From positions 1-64,000 of the IMG/VR virus record IMGVR_UViG_3300031669_000001: DNA of 64,000 nt; one strand, 5' to 3'. Below the pieces are notes generated by a model, which had not been told where the DNA came from, did no database searches, and was given only the letters and a program-made list of their open reading frames with translations. This document shows, piece by piece, positions 43,425 through 52,478 of the stretch. The DNA comes from a virus. Position 1 is the stretch's first letter. Every line of letters starts with the position of its first letter. The position numbers were made by a program, and so were the translations under genes.

Positions 43425-44060
43425 TTAGATGTGTGCAAGCTTTTTAAGAGCTGCAAGTTTTCTGTCATATTTACTAGCCCATGACGTGACGCTTTTGATA
43501 ACCTTTTTGATAGCAGAAACTATTCCAGCTTTCAAGTCACCAATCAAACCTTCGTTCACTTTAGCTTTGACAGATAAAGCTGGAGACTTGTCTTCCTGCT
43601 TGGTGATCGTAGTGTAAGCTGCGGCGATCTCATCAACCTTCGCTTGAAGCTCGTCTGGGATCAGCTTTGCGAGTTCTTCAGCGATGGCTTTGTAGTCAAC
43701 GACAATCTTATCATCTTGCTTTGACTTTTTGGAAACCGTGAGAGTGAATGAAACGGTGTCTATCACTCGCGTAAGCACTATGTCCTCAGCGGCGAAGAGG
43801 TCTTCAACCTTCTCCTTGATGTCTGCGTTCAATTCTTTCTTCTTCTCACCCATAACCTTGATGGCTTTATCAAGACGATCGTAACGAGCTGCAAGCTTGG
43901 TCAACACGCCTGATTCATTGCCGTTGAGTTCGACGATGACGCGATCAAGCTGTTTCTTAACGAGTTTTTCTGTGTAAGTTAGATCTTCACGGCGCTTACG
44001 ATTTTCATCAGCTTCAGTGAGAATCAGGTGTTCTTTAAGGGTTAAATTATTGGGTGTCAT
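43425..44060 (-). CDS. hypothetical coiled-coil protein
   Basis: 211-aa ORF. Confidence 0.65.
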   Translation of the reverse strand: MTPNNLTLKEHLILTEADENRKRREDLTYTEKLVKKQLDRVIVELNGNESGVLTKLAARYDRLDKAIKVMGEKKKELNADIKEKVEDLFAAEDIVLTRVIDTVSFTLTVSKKSKQDDKIVVDYKAIAEELAKLIPDELQAKVDEIAAAYTTITKQEDKSPALSVKAKVNEGLIGDLKAGIVSAIKKVIKSVTSWASKYDRKLAALKKLAHI

Positions 44061-44349
44061 TTACTATGCTTCCTTGTACGTTCTCAAATGGTCCACCATG
44101 TTCTACTATAAGACCGGATACTGATGGTGGTATGCTGATTCTTGCGCCGTGTGCTATGTTTGGTGCGTTAAGAATTTCTATGCCCTTGTAATTCTCTGTT
44201 GCAGGTGGAGTTATAATTCCACCGTGTACTACTGTAGGATCTTCATTATAAGATGCTGTCACTGTCTCAAAGACGTAAGAGTCATTTGAACCTGGCGGTA
44301 CTCCAATTTTCTTTATAGGTCCACCATAATTTGTAGGTCTCATTGACAT
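44047..44349 (-). CDS. HGGP-repeat protein
   Basis: Contains YGGPIK, VHGGII and EHGGPF repeats. Confidence 0.55.
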   Translation of the reverse strand: MSMRPTNYGGPIKKIGVPPGSNDSYVFETVTASYNEDPTVVHGGIITPPATENYKGIEILNAPNIAHGARISIPPSVSGLIVEHGGPFENVQGSIVNDTQ

Positions 44350-44358
44350 CCAGATACC

Positions 44359-44616
44359 TCACATTTCATTATCAACATCACCATAGGTTCCTCTAAAGTT
44401 CAGAGGTAGTTGAATCGGTCCGCCGTGCACTGGTGGTACGTTTGTAGTCTTCTCGTCGATGTTAGAAGTAGCTTCATACGGCAAGATAGCTGAAGGGGTT
44501 TTGATGATCCCACCAGCAGTCACATCGTATTGTGGCGGTATAGTCACGTCTACAGGTTTGATTGGCCCACCGTGAACTGGGTGGTGATTATCGAATTGTG
44601 GACGCTGAGCAGCCAT
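44359..44616 (-). CDS. HGGP-repeat protein
   Basis: Contains PVHGGPIKP and PVHGGPIQL repeats. Confidence 0.55.
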   Translation of the reverse strand: MAAQRPQFDNHHPVHGGPIKPVDVTIPPQYDVTAGGIIKTPSAILPYEATSNIDEKTTNVPPVHGGPIQLPLNFRGTYGDVDNEM

Positions 44617-44867
44617 TACTTCTTCTTTTTCGCTGGAGCTTTGACAGGAATTTCCAACTCGACAGCTTCCTGTTCTGTAAAATCAATCACTTCTGTAATC
44701 TCAGTTGTAGCTGCTTTTGATCCGCGAGCTTTTCCTTCTTTTGAATCGATGAATTCTTTACGACGAGCAACCTCGATGTTCATCGGGGCCTGTGCAAGCT
44801 GTTGCTTGATGATAATCGTGTCGAAGTCTAACTGCACTCCACGTGCTGTTCTGACTATTCTTGGCAT
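44616..44867 (-). CDS. hypothetical protein
   Basis: 83-aa ORF. Confidence 0.55.
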   Translation of the reverse strand: MPRIVRTARGVQLDFDTIIIKQQLAQAPMNIEVARRKEFIDSKEGKARGSKAATTEITEVIDFTEQEAVELEIPVKAPAKKKK

Positions 44868-44878
44868 GACATATTCTC

Positions 44879-45439
44879 CTATAATTTTATGAAGTCTGTG
44901 ATCTCGATGTCGTACTCGACGGGATCGACTTCATGTAGACCGAGAAGATACAGTAAGTAGCTTGAACATGAACTTCCACGTCCTACTCCCCAGATGACTT
45001 TCTTTTCCTTCATCACGTCTATCACGTAGATGAGAGTTCTTAGAACATCGTCTAGCTTAAGCTGCTTGAACATCCAGATTTCTGTAGAGAGGCGTTCAAC
45101 ACGTTTCTCATAGAGATCATCTTTCTCAATCCGATCGACCAACCCAATGAGGTAATCTTCGAGATTCAGATCATATTTATAGCGATCGGGCAGCTTCCAT
45201 TCTGGAGGGAACTTAACGTTGCATTCTGTCTTAATCTTCAGCTCATGGTCGCTGATTGAGTTATAGGCGAGGATTTCAGGAGTGATTGATGTGACATATA
45301 ACTTCTCGATACCGTGCGTCTCAGATGACATCCTGAGTATGTACGAGACGATTGAATCAGGGTCTACAGAAATTGTACCATCTGGCCAGAGCAGATGGTC
45401 TTCAACTACTATCGGAAGGAGCTCACTTGAGGGCTTCAT
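44879..45439 (-). CDS. DNA polymerase III alpha (DnaE)-like N-terminal fragment
   Basis: WGVGRGSSCSSYLLYLLGLHEVDPVEYD..TDFIKL aligns by eye with [35 protein letters not shown]. The ORF stops just before the catalytic Asp motif. There is no PHP domain. Confidence 0.6.
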   Translation of the reverse strand: MKPSSELLPIVVEDHLLWPDGTISVDPDSIVSYILRMSSETHGIEKLYVTSITPEILAYNSISDHELKIKTECNVKFPPEWKLPDRYKYDLNLEDYLIGLVDRIEKDDLYEKRVERLSTEIWMFKQLKLDDVLRTLIYVIDVMKEKKVIWGVGRGSSCSSYLLYLLGLHEVDPVEYDIEITDFIKL

Positions 45440-46505
45440 CGACGAGTCTCTTTAACCAGCCAAGGTCAGCTACAACGTCAGTTTGAGGTGGATTGAGCAT
45501 GTCCCATTGTTGGATCTGTTGTAGTGCAGTGCGAAGCTTCATAACTTCAGAAGATTCACCCTTTCTGAATTTTGTAACTGCTTCCACAAATTCTTTATCC
45601 GTCTTTGCTTTTAGACGGGTGCGTGGCAACTTGTCTGCTAATTCTAAGATGAGTGGAAGCTTTGCAAGCTTCATTCTCCACTCAAGTGGAATTCCATCTT
45701 CGCCGTAAAATGCTCCTGCAACTTGACCGCAAATAGCAGCTGTGGTGTCTGCATCATCACCGAGATTAGCAGCCTTTAGGATCGCATCTCGAAAATTGTC
45801 TGTCGTGTAGAAACACCAAAGAGCAGCTTCAAGGCTTTGAATAACGTAACCAGATCCCACGATCTCTTTTTCTGACTTGTCGACATAGGTTCCATCTGCA
45901 ATGTCTTGAATGCTCTTTGACATAAAGCTGTCATGTTGACAGAATAGAATTTCTTCTTTGTTCAAATAGTCAGAGTGTAGAGCGTTGAAGATGATAGCTC
46001 CTAACAACTTACAAGCTTCAATGCACTGAGGTGCAGAGTGAGTAGTCCTAGAGCTCAACCCTGAATTGAACACCGCTAAAGTTCTATTGTCATGAAAGAA
46101 CATTGGAACAGGTGCGAGACGCATGATGCTACCATTGCCTAGAGAGTAATCATCGTGCCACGCAACTTCTGAACCGATTTCTTGAAAGTCTCTAAGAGCT
46201 CTCCGAGTAGTTCCACCAATGTCAAAGCAGTGACCGTTGCTGCTCATGTAACCGAGATTGAGCCAATCCACATACTTTTGAAGCTGATCGACAGCATCCA
46301 TTCCACCTTTGTCTACCAAGCTCTGAGCTAAACAGAGAGCCATCGAGGTGTCATCTGTCCATTGACCAGGCTCGAGGTTAAATGCACCACCGCCTACCAT
46401 GTCAGTGACAGGTTCAAATTCACCTCGAGTCTGAAACTCAACAGTTGTACCTACTGCATCGCCGCATGCAAGTCCTAACAACGCACCTCGAAATTTATCG
46501 TTCAT
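45423..46505 (-). CDS. ADP-ribosylglycohydrolase (ARH/DraG family)
   Basis: FRGALLGLACGDAVGT, WTDDTSMALC, FDIGGTTRRAL, GNGSIMR, GDDADTTAAICGQVAGAFYG. Confidence 0.85.
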   Translation of the reverse strand: MNDKFRGALLGLACGDAVGTTVEFQTRGEFEPVTDMVGGGAFNLEPGQWTDDTSMALCLAQSLVDKGGMDAVDQLQKYVDWLNLGYMSSNGHCFDIGGTTRRALRDFQEIGSEVAWHDDYSLGNGSIMRLAPVPMFFHDNRTLAVFNSGLSSRTTHSAPQCIEACKLLGAIIFNALHSDYLNKEEILFCQHDSFMSKSIQDIADGTYVDKSEKEIVGSGYVIQSLEAALWCFYTTDNFRDAILKAANLGDDADTTAAICGQVAGAFYGEDGIPLEWRMKLAKLPLILELADKLPRTRLKAKTDKEFVEAVTKFRKGESSEVMKLRTALQQIQQWDMLNPPQTDVVADLGWLKRLVDEALK

Positions 46506-46597
46506 TCTTTTGCCTTTATTATGTACAGATAGCACAGCCCTAAAGCTACAGCGATAACAGAACCGCCTAAAGCTCCACTTAGAGCAGCAACTGTCAT
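46502..46597 (-). CDS. 31-aa hydrophobic peptide
   Basis: MTVAALSGALGGSVIAVALGLCYLYIIKAKE with an ATGA overlap with the ARH start. Confidence 0.35.
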   Translation of the reverse strand: MTVAALSGALGGSVIAVALGLCYLYIIKAKE

Positions 46598-46611
46598 ATC
46601 TTCAAATGTTA

Positions 46612-47436
46612 TCATTCTGTTATGTCTTTCAATTCTTTATTCCATCTTTGAAACTTGTCATGCACCTGCAACTTTACTAGCCAATTGTTGAAGTACTCGT
46701 CTATCTCTCTAGAACGAGGATGAGTCTCTGCGTTGTAAATCAAAAAGTCCTTGTAGTTCTGAACCTTGTCAGCTATCAACATTTTCTCAATGCCAAGAAG
46801 AGGACTCATCTCGATGTCGTGAGTGCTTCTTATCTTTCTATGAGATAGATAGCCATTCGCAATGTTGCGATATTCCATGGCTAACGCAACGGCTATAGGA
46901 TTACACTTCACTACGACTCTATCAAAGTTGACTGCAAGATCCATGCTATTTTGAACTAACGGGTGAATGCAATAAGCTTTCATCGCCGTCATTGAAGCGT
47001 CTATCTGCATCATGATGTAGAGACCTTCATCTATGTGATTCATCTTCAACACACCGCTTCTCTTCGCACAATCATTTCCATAAAAGTCCTCAACCATCTT
47101 GTACTCAACGGTATCAAAGATCGATCTAGCAACTTGATGGGGTATGTCGTGCTTCTCAAGAAATGGAATGATGTTGCAATCTTCCATAGTGAGAACTGGA
47201 CAATCTGCCTGCTTCAACAACTTTACACCATGTCCATGACCGCGCATCCTAAATGGAAGGTAGCCAGAACAGAATTTTTCCTCGTCTTTGGTAAAGAACG
47301 TGAGGTAACCATGCTCAGTAGGTTCTACAGTCTTAGACCATTTAAACCCAAGTGACGCCAGCTGCAACGCACGAGTCTTGTAATATTGGACTATGTCCAC
47401 AAGATCATTTGCATCGTGGTTGAGACGGTATGTCAT
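46612..47436 (-). CDS. hypothetical protein
   Basis: 274-aa ORF. GHGHGVKLLK may be GNAT-like, but the function is unresolved. Confidence 0.65.
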   Translation of the reverse strand: MTYRLNHDANDLVDIVQYYKTRALQLASLGFKWSKTVEPTEHGYLTFFTKDEEKFCSGYLPFRMRGHGHGVKLLKQADCPVLTMEDCNIIPFLEKHDIPHQVARSIFDTVEYKMVEDFYGNDCAKRSGVLKMNHIDEGLYIMMQIDASMTAMKAYCIHPLVQNSMDLAVNFDRVVVKCNPIAVALAMEYRNIANGYLSHRKIRSTHDIEMSPLLGIEKMLIADKVQNYKDFLIYNAETHPRSREIDEYFNNWLVKLQVHDKFQRWNKELKDITE

Positions 47437-47984
47437 GTTGGTTTGTACTCTACTCCATTGATGATAAGGGGTTTGTAAACGTCGTTGAGGATGAGTTGTT
47501 CTACCGTTAGGCCGTGAGCGTCATGAAGCTTAAACACCTTAACTCCAGCTAACATGAGAAGTGAAAGTCCATTGTCATCATGTCTATCGTAAAATTCACG
47601 GAAGTAAACTTCCTCAATTCCAGCAGCGATGATAAGCTTTGCGCATGGCAGACAAGGTGATACTTGTTGTACCAGCGCGGCACCTACGGTTTCGATGCCG
47701 TGTTTCGCGCACTGTGCTACAACGTTCATCTCTCCATGAAGCTCAAACCGTTCAGAGAATTGTCTGTGAAGGTCTCTGCCTTCGGGAGTCTTGACATCAA
47801 CGTTACAATTCTTAAAGAATCCTGAACAATGATTGAAGCCTGTTGGAACTCCATTCCAACCTGTCATGTTCACTCTACCATCTCTAACGAGTAAGGCAGC
47901 TACGTGAACTCTGGCGCAGGTTGATCGCTTGATGTACGCGTCGAGAATCTCAACACATGTTTGTAAGTCTGCTTGCTTTATCAT
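47433..47984 (-). CDS. dCMP deaminase
   Basis: HGEMN and PCLPCAKLI zinc-binding motifs, plus GWNGVPTG. Confidence 0.85.
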   Translation of the reverse strand: MIKQADLQTCVEILDAYIKRSTCARVHVAALLVRDGRVNMTGWNGVPTGFNHCSGFFKNCNVDVKTPEGRDLHRQFSERFELHGEMNVVAQCAKHGIETVGAALVQQVSPCLPCAKLIIAAGIEEVYFREFYDRHDDNGLSLLMLAGVKVFKLHDAHGLTVEQLILNDVYKPLIINGVEYKPT

Positions 47985-48040
47985 TTTACTCTCTTCTTCA
48001 AATGAGAAGATTGTATCACATGCAGAAGATCGTGTAAATT

Positions 48041-48364
48041 TTATAGTAAGTGGAGTTCGTCGTCGATTCGGCTGTCCAAGACAGTGTCTTCAATCTTGTA
48101 ACGCCAGACTTTGAAGCCTTTCTGTTTCAACTGACGAACAACTTCGACAGTGCGATTTGTGATGTCCTCGAGTTCCTTCGAGTGACTCGTCATGAAGGTA
48201 TCTTTAGAAGAACGTTCTTCTGTGTCTGCTTCACGCTTCTTCATGAGCAGGTCTGCAATCCTGAACTTCCAACCTTCAGCGATCAGCTTTGCGGTCTCTA
48301 GCTTACCGTCAAAAACAGGTTCGATGGTGACGTGAGCTTCGTAGTAGTGTTTGGCAGTTGTCAT
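48041..48364 (-). CDS. hypothetical protein
   Basis: 107-aa ORF. Confidence 0.6.
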   Translation of the reverse strand: MTTAKHYYEAHVTIEPVFDGKLETAKLIAEGWKFRIADLLMKKREADTEERSSKDTFMTSHSKELEDITNRTVEVVRQLKQKGFKVWRYKIEDTVLDSRIDDELHLL

Positions 48365-48645
48365 ATCACAGAAAGGCAGTAATTCTTCTCATTCTCGATC
48401 AACTTGGCAACTGTCACACACGTAATATTAACCGCCGACTGAATGTAGTCTGTCTCATCGTTCTTAGGTTTAATCAGGCCCTGTGATTTCGCGATACACT
48501 CGTTGTAAGCTTCAAGCTTTGCGAGCTTGATCAGGTTAACGAGTTCGCGGTCACCCACTTGATACTTGCTGCCTGATTCAAAAGAATCTTCTATGCTAAT
48601 TCCAGCCTGAATGCGCAGCTTGTCAATACCTTCCATAGTAATCAT
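48361..48645 (-). CDS. hypothetical protein
   Basis: Start at 48645 (ATGA overlap, AGGAGAGG SD). Confidence 0.55.
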   Translation of the reverse strand: MITMEGIDKLRIQAGISIEDSFESGSKYQVGDRELVNLIKLAKLEAYNECIAKSQGLIKPKNDETDYIQSAVNITCVTVAKLIENEKNYCLSVI

Positions 48646-48875
48646 TTTCTTCCACCTCTCCTTTTTTCCCACTCATAGTCAGAATTCGGCGCAGCTACAC
48701 CATCAAGGTGAGTAGCATCTGGATTTTCAGATGACATCGCGATGAAACTTATGCTCCTTCCAGCTATCCGATCTTGTCTCAGCTTCTCGCACAGCTTTAG
48801 AGCTTTATCAATTTCCTCAAAGCTTTCGAAATTTGATAAATCCCCCTCCGTCCAGTATATGCGATGAACGGTCAC
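48642..48875 (-). CDS. hypothetical protein
   Basis: 77-aa ORF with a GTG start in a GTGA overlap. Confidence 0.5.
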   Translation of the reverse strand: MTVHRIYWTEGDLSNFESFEEIDKALKLCEKLRQDRIAGRSISFIAMSSENPDATHLDGVAAPNSDYEWEKRRGGRK

Positions 48876-49000
48876 GGTAAAACTGCTCCTATGGTAAAGA
48901 GAATTCCAAATACCAAGAATCCTGCTGCAGTTGAATGTACCAAAAATCCAATTGCAGTTCCAATGACAATTATTCCTACGAGATAATCAGCTGATCCCAT
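48872..49000 (-). CDS. 42-aa two-helix membrane peptide (not in ORF track)
   Basis: MGSADYLVGIIVIGTAIGFLVHSTAAGFLVFGILF... Confidence 0.4.
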   Translation of the reverse strand: MGSADYLVGIIVIGTAIGFLVHSTAAGFLVFGILFTIGAVLP

Positions 49001-49307
49001 TTTTTGCTCCTAATATTTTGTTCAGCGTCACAGAAAAGATAGATTTTGGTTTACGAGCTGCACGAGCCTTGCGTATTTCCTTGTACAGCGTGTAGCTATA
49101 ATCAGCCATCTTCTTTTCAAACCAAGGCTTCTGCGTTATAGCGTATCGATAAGCTCTGTCACCATAAACATCGCGAGCGCCGTAGCTCGGCCACTCACAC
49201 TTAGGACAACCGCCATGTTTGCTGGCATCTTTCTTCTCAAAGATCCACTCGCATGACATGCAGACCCGCAAGTTTGCTCGTTGTTGAGGGCTGAGTTTCT
49301 GTTTCAT
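48987..49307 (-). CDS. zinc-ribbon protein
   Basis: CMSC ... CPKC. Confidence 0.55.
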   Translation of the reverse strand: MKQKLSPQQRANLRVCMSCEWIFEKKDASKHGGCPKCEWPSYGARDVYGDRAYRYAITQKPWFEKKMADYSYTLYKEIRKARAARKPKSIFSVTLNKILGAKNGIS

Positions 49308-49645
49308 ACAAAGACCTTAGCTATAGCTGCCCAAGCATCCTTCTTGGAATTTTGCCATTCGATGTGTTGAGTGATGCTGTTCGTTTCCAGGTAAATCATG
49401 TACTTTCCAGAATGATTTGAATAAACACAGTGGGCTTCTGGATACTTGCTCTTTACCTTCTCTTCATTGGACATTTCAAACTCCTTACCTTCGGTAAACA
49501 ATCTTCCTCTATCAACTGCACAGGTTTTATGAGCTGGGTAGATACCGTCTAGCCTCACAAAATCTTTATCTTTGACAACAAATCTGCACAGTCTGCACCG
49601 AGGCTTCGGCTTAATGACGTTTGGATTCCAGTTACCGCGTGCCAT
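49304..49645 (-). CDS. hypothetical protein
   Basis: 113-aa ORF. Confidence 0.55.
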   Translation of the reverse strand: MARGNWNPNVIKPKPRCRLCRFVVKDKDFVRLDGIYPAHKTCAVDRGRLFTEGKEFEMSNEEKVKSKYPEAHCVYSNHSGKYMIYLETNSITQHIEWQNSKKDAWAAIAKVFV

Positions 49646-49871
49646 TTAAGTACAACTTCAATCCAGCTTCCAAAATTTCTATCTTATTGCGATGTTTCAT
49701 GATCTCTTTATTGATCTTATCGACACCGCATTCACGAGCAAGCTGGGCAGCATTTGCAATCTTTTCTTCTAGAGTTAAGATTCCAGAAGGATTTGTTTCT
49801 TGAAGCTTTGGAGCTTTCAAGTCTTTCTTATTCATTTGCTTTTTAATCGTGTGCATAGTAAGTTGCATCAT
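49632..49871 (-). CDS. hypothetical protein
   Basis: 79-aa ORF with an ATGA overlap. Confidence 0.5.
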   Translation of the reverse strand: MMQLTMHTIKKQMNKKDLKAPKLQETNPSGILTLEEKIANAAQLARECGVDKINKEIMKHRNKIEILEAGLKLYLNGTR

Positions 49872-50893
49872 TCTTTCTCCGTCAGAGCGTAGACTGCAAG
49901 CTTCTTCCAGTCTTTGCAGCTTGAGTTGCGGATTGTGATCAAGTTCATCAGCGAGCGGAAGTTGATGTCGTCAGTCACGTTCATGTGCTCTTCCAGCAGG
50001 TTAAGAGCTTCATGCTTGTGTTCAAGCTCGACGTGCGGAAGAACATCTTCAATCACGTTGCGCATACGTTCGATGCGTTGTGGCTTGGACATCGACAGGT
50101 CAACCTTGAAGCAGCGAGTCTTCACGGCTTCATCGATCTTAGCGAGCTTCATGTTCGAGATGAAGATGATGCGGCCGTTAAACTTGAAGGTCATCGGCAA
50201 ATCTGCATCGCCGAAAGATTGTTCGACTAACCAAGACACCCAACGTTCTTCGTAGGAGTCCAACGCCGATTTCAGCAAGCTGATCGAATCAGCGTCTTTC
50301 AGAACCTTGTCGCAATCATCGAAAACGATAGTGCGATCACGATTTTCCCAAAGCAGACGGTAGAGAGCTTTGGAAGATGCGTGGCCTTTGATGACAACGT
50401 AGTCACCTTTAGGCTGATTGATTTGTGCGTAGACCTTGTCTTTGATCTTTTCTTCTGAATCTTCTACCTGGATGACGTTAAGATCATCGATGCTTGGGAA
50501 GATCGTGTTGCAGTTAACCTTACCGGCCTTGCGCAGCGATTCCATCACGGTGAAGGTCTTACCGACTCCACCTTCGCCGCTAACCATCAGAGATTTAGCA
50601 TCACCTTCAACCACCAGGGTGATCAACTCGTTGAGAAACTCAAAGCGTTCGTTGATGTCGAAGTTAGAATCGACTGAAGATATCGCAACGCCCTTAGGAT
50701 CAGTGATCTTGATGTTGGTTGTAACAACCTCAACGTCCGTGATCTTCGCCTTCACGACGTGAGGGTGAGATTGTTTAGCGACGTAGCGAACTAACGTCTC
50801 CGAGCTTTTTGATGCTACGATAACTTTGTTGCGGGAGATAAGTTGAAACTTGTTCTTTGTTTCATTCCAAACTATCTTAGCTTTTGACATCAT
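49868..50893 (-). CDS. P-loop AAA-type ATPase
   Basis: SGEGGVGKTFT Walker A and TIVFDDCD Walker B. First gene after promoter 50923..50950. Confidence 0.7.
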   Translation of the reverse strand: MMSKAKIVWNETKNKFQLISRNKVIVASKSSETLVRYVAKQSHPHVVKAKITDVEVVTTNIKITDPKGVAISSVDSNFDINERFEFLNELITLVVEGDAKSLMVSGEGGVGKTFTVMESLRKAGKVNCNTIFPSIDDLNVIQVEDSEEKIKDKVYAQINQPKGDYVVIKGHASSKALYRLLWENRDRTIVFDDCDKVLKDADSISLLKSALDSYEERWVSWLVEQSFGDADLPMTFKFNGRIIFISNMKLAKIDEAVKTRCFKVDLSMSKPQRIERMRNVIEDVLPHVELEHKHEALNLLEEHMNVTDDINFRSLMNLITIRNSSCKDWKKLAVYALTEKE

Positions 50894-50922
50894 TACCTCT
50901 CTCTGTTTAGATTTGATGGTGT

Positions 50923-50950
50923 ATTATATCACAAGCAGCTGAAAAGTAAA
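50923..50950 (-). promoter_or_regulatory. early sigma70-like phage promoter
   Basis: -35 TTTACT, 16-nt spacer, -10 TATAAT. Confidence 0.7.
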
Positions 50951-50971
50951 CACTTTTGTGCGGAAAAGACT

Positions 50972-51004
50972 GAAGCCCGATTGAATTTCTTCAAATCGGG
51001 CTTC
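50972..51004 (-). terminator. rho-independent terminator
   Basis: GAAGCCCGATT...AATCGGGCTTC stem followed by a T-rich tract on the minus strand. Confidence 0.6.
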
Positions 51005-51035
51005 GGATGCTCCTTCTACACGTGGCAGATGAGTC

Positions 51036-51212
51036 TTATTTTAGAAGTTTTGCAGCTTCATCTAACATATTGATTGCATTACGCAGGCTATCTGGAGCGT
51101 CAGGACCCATAACCCTTTGAATTTCGCCAAGCTCTTTCATTGCCTTGGAAATAATCTTTACGCCTGCTGGAACAGATCGTTCTTCTTTCAGGTATTGCTT
51201 AAAGTCACTCAT
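51036..51212 (-). CDS. 58-aa hypothetical protein (not in ORF track)
   Basis: MSDFKQYLKEERSVPAGVK... with an ATGA overlap with the upstream stop. Confidence 0.45.
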   Translation of the reverse strand: MSDFKQYLKEERSVPAGVKIISKAMKELGEIQRVMGPDAPDSLRNAINMLDEAAKLLK

Positions 51213-51391
51213 TTCTTCTTTCGCTCGTAAACTACAGCGCGCCTGTCACCATAGATGTACCTTTGATCCTTCTGACCATTTTGAAGGATAACAGTTTCAA
51301 CGTCAATCAAATCGTGTCCGTCGTAACAGATGCCAAATACAACCTCTTCGTCATCAGCGCAGTGTGCTTCTACGGTTACTGTAGTCGTCAT
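51209..51391 (-). CDS. hypothetical protein
   Basis: 60-aa ORF. Confidence 0.5.
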   Translation of the reverse strand: MTTTVTVEAHCADDEEVVFGICYDGHDLIDVETVILQNGQKDQRYIYGDRRAVVYERKKK

Positions 51392-51392
51392 C

Positions 51393-52478
51393 TTAGTTCT
51401 CCTGCATCGCTTTTCTAGCGACTGCGATTATTTGTTTCTTTTCTGCTTCATTTGGATTTCCAGGATTAGCAACAATTTCTACCTTTCCATTCTTCTTGAA
51501 GACTACCGAAAAGTGACCATACTTTTCACCACGTGAATCAGTGACTTCACACATGTCCGTCTCCATGCTACCAGCCCAATACTTGGCTTCACACAATTGA
51601 GATTCTGTCAGCTTTTCCTTGAACTCACCGCTCATCTTTTTGATGTCAGCTTTACGATCACGCATTGAAACTTCTTCAAGGCGCTTCACTACATTTTCTA
51701 TGAGATTTTCTAGGCGTTCATCCAACTCATCTTCAGTGAATTCGAATGGAGTATCTTCATCATCTTTATGAGTGCGTTCATACTTGACCTTGTCGTCGAC
51801 AAGATAGACGTAAGCCATTCGGATTAAGGTAGGCATCAACGCATTGACAACGTCATGAGAATCTGCACGATCAGGATCTAGCTTGATCACGTCAACGTCT
51901 GGAAAAACATCTGCTTCCATGACGAGAGATTCATTAACAAGTTCTTTAAAATCTACTTCTTTTTCATCGCTCATTCTATAGGTTGCAGCAGCGATATACT
52001 TTCCAGCTTTGGCTTTAGATAAAGCATCGCGAGTGATCCTTGGATGATTCACATCAATGATTGTCTTCATTCCTACAGGCTTAAAATCTTTTTGAGTCTC
52101 ACGTCTCTTGAGATCTGCAGCATCTAACCCGTAAGTTATGTATTTGAAACCTACTGATTCTTCAAGAGGTTCAAATGCATCTTGATCAAGCTTTACACCT
52201 CTAAATCCACGAGCATCGAAAATTTTCACATCTTCAATCTTATTATTTCCACGAATCGCGCAATCAAATTCTATGATGCCTTTACCATGTGCAGAATTAG
52301 TTTCCCAATTAAAAGCTACCATGTACCCTTCTTTTCCATGTGTACGAGATACTGGGTTATCGAGTTCAATAGTGGCAGTATTTTCGATGCCTAAACGCTT
52401 TGCAAATACATTTTCCAGATCATTGATCTGGTCTGCTGTGAAGTGTGTTTCTTCTTTTAGAAATTGTGAGAATTTCAT
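51393..52478 (-). CDS. hypothetical protein
   Basis: 361-aa ORF. Confidence 0.7.
   Translation of the reverse strand: MKFSQFLKEETHFTADQINDLENVFAKRLGIENTATIELDNPVSRTHGKEGYMVAFNWETNSAHGKGIIEFDCAIRGNNKIEDVKIFDARGFRGVKLDQDAFEPLEESVGFKYITYGLDAADLKRRETQKDFKPVGMKTIIDVNHPRITRDALSKAKAGKYIAAATYRMSDEKEVDFKELVNESLVMEADVFPDVDVIKLDPDRADSHDVVNALMPTLIRMAYVYLVDDKVKYERTHKDDEDTPFEFTEDELDERLENLIENVVKRLEEVSMRDRKADIKKMSGEFKEKLTESQLCEAKYWAGSMETDMCEVTDSRGEKYGHFSVVFKKNGKVEIVANPGNPNEAEKKQIIAVARKAMQEN

Noticed and set aside
44879-45439. A split intein (as in cyanobacterial DnaE) joining the two DnaE-like fragments.
   Set aside because: The N-fragment ends in extein-like sequence (TDFIKL) with no Cys/Ser-initiated Int-N. 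The C-fragment start has no Int-C ending in HN followed by Cys, Ser or Thr.
48041-48364. A 2H phosphoesterase (LigT-like) call for the 107-aa protein, based on AHVTIEP.
   Set aside because: Only one convincing HxT motif is present. The second candidate (TSHSK) does not fit H-x-T/S-x with hydrophobic neighbours, and the protein is too short.
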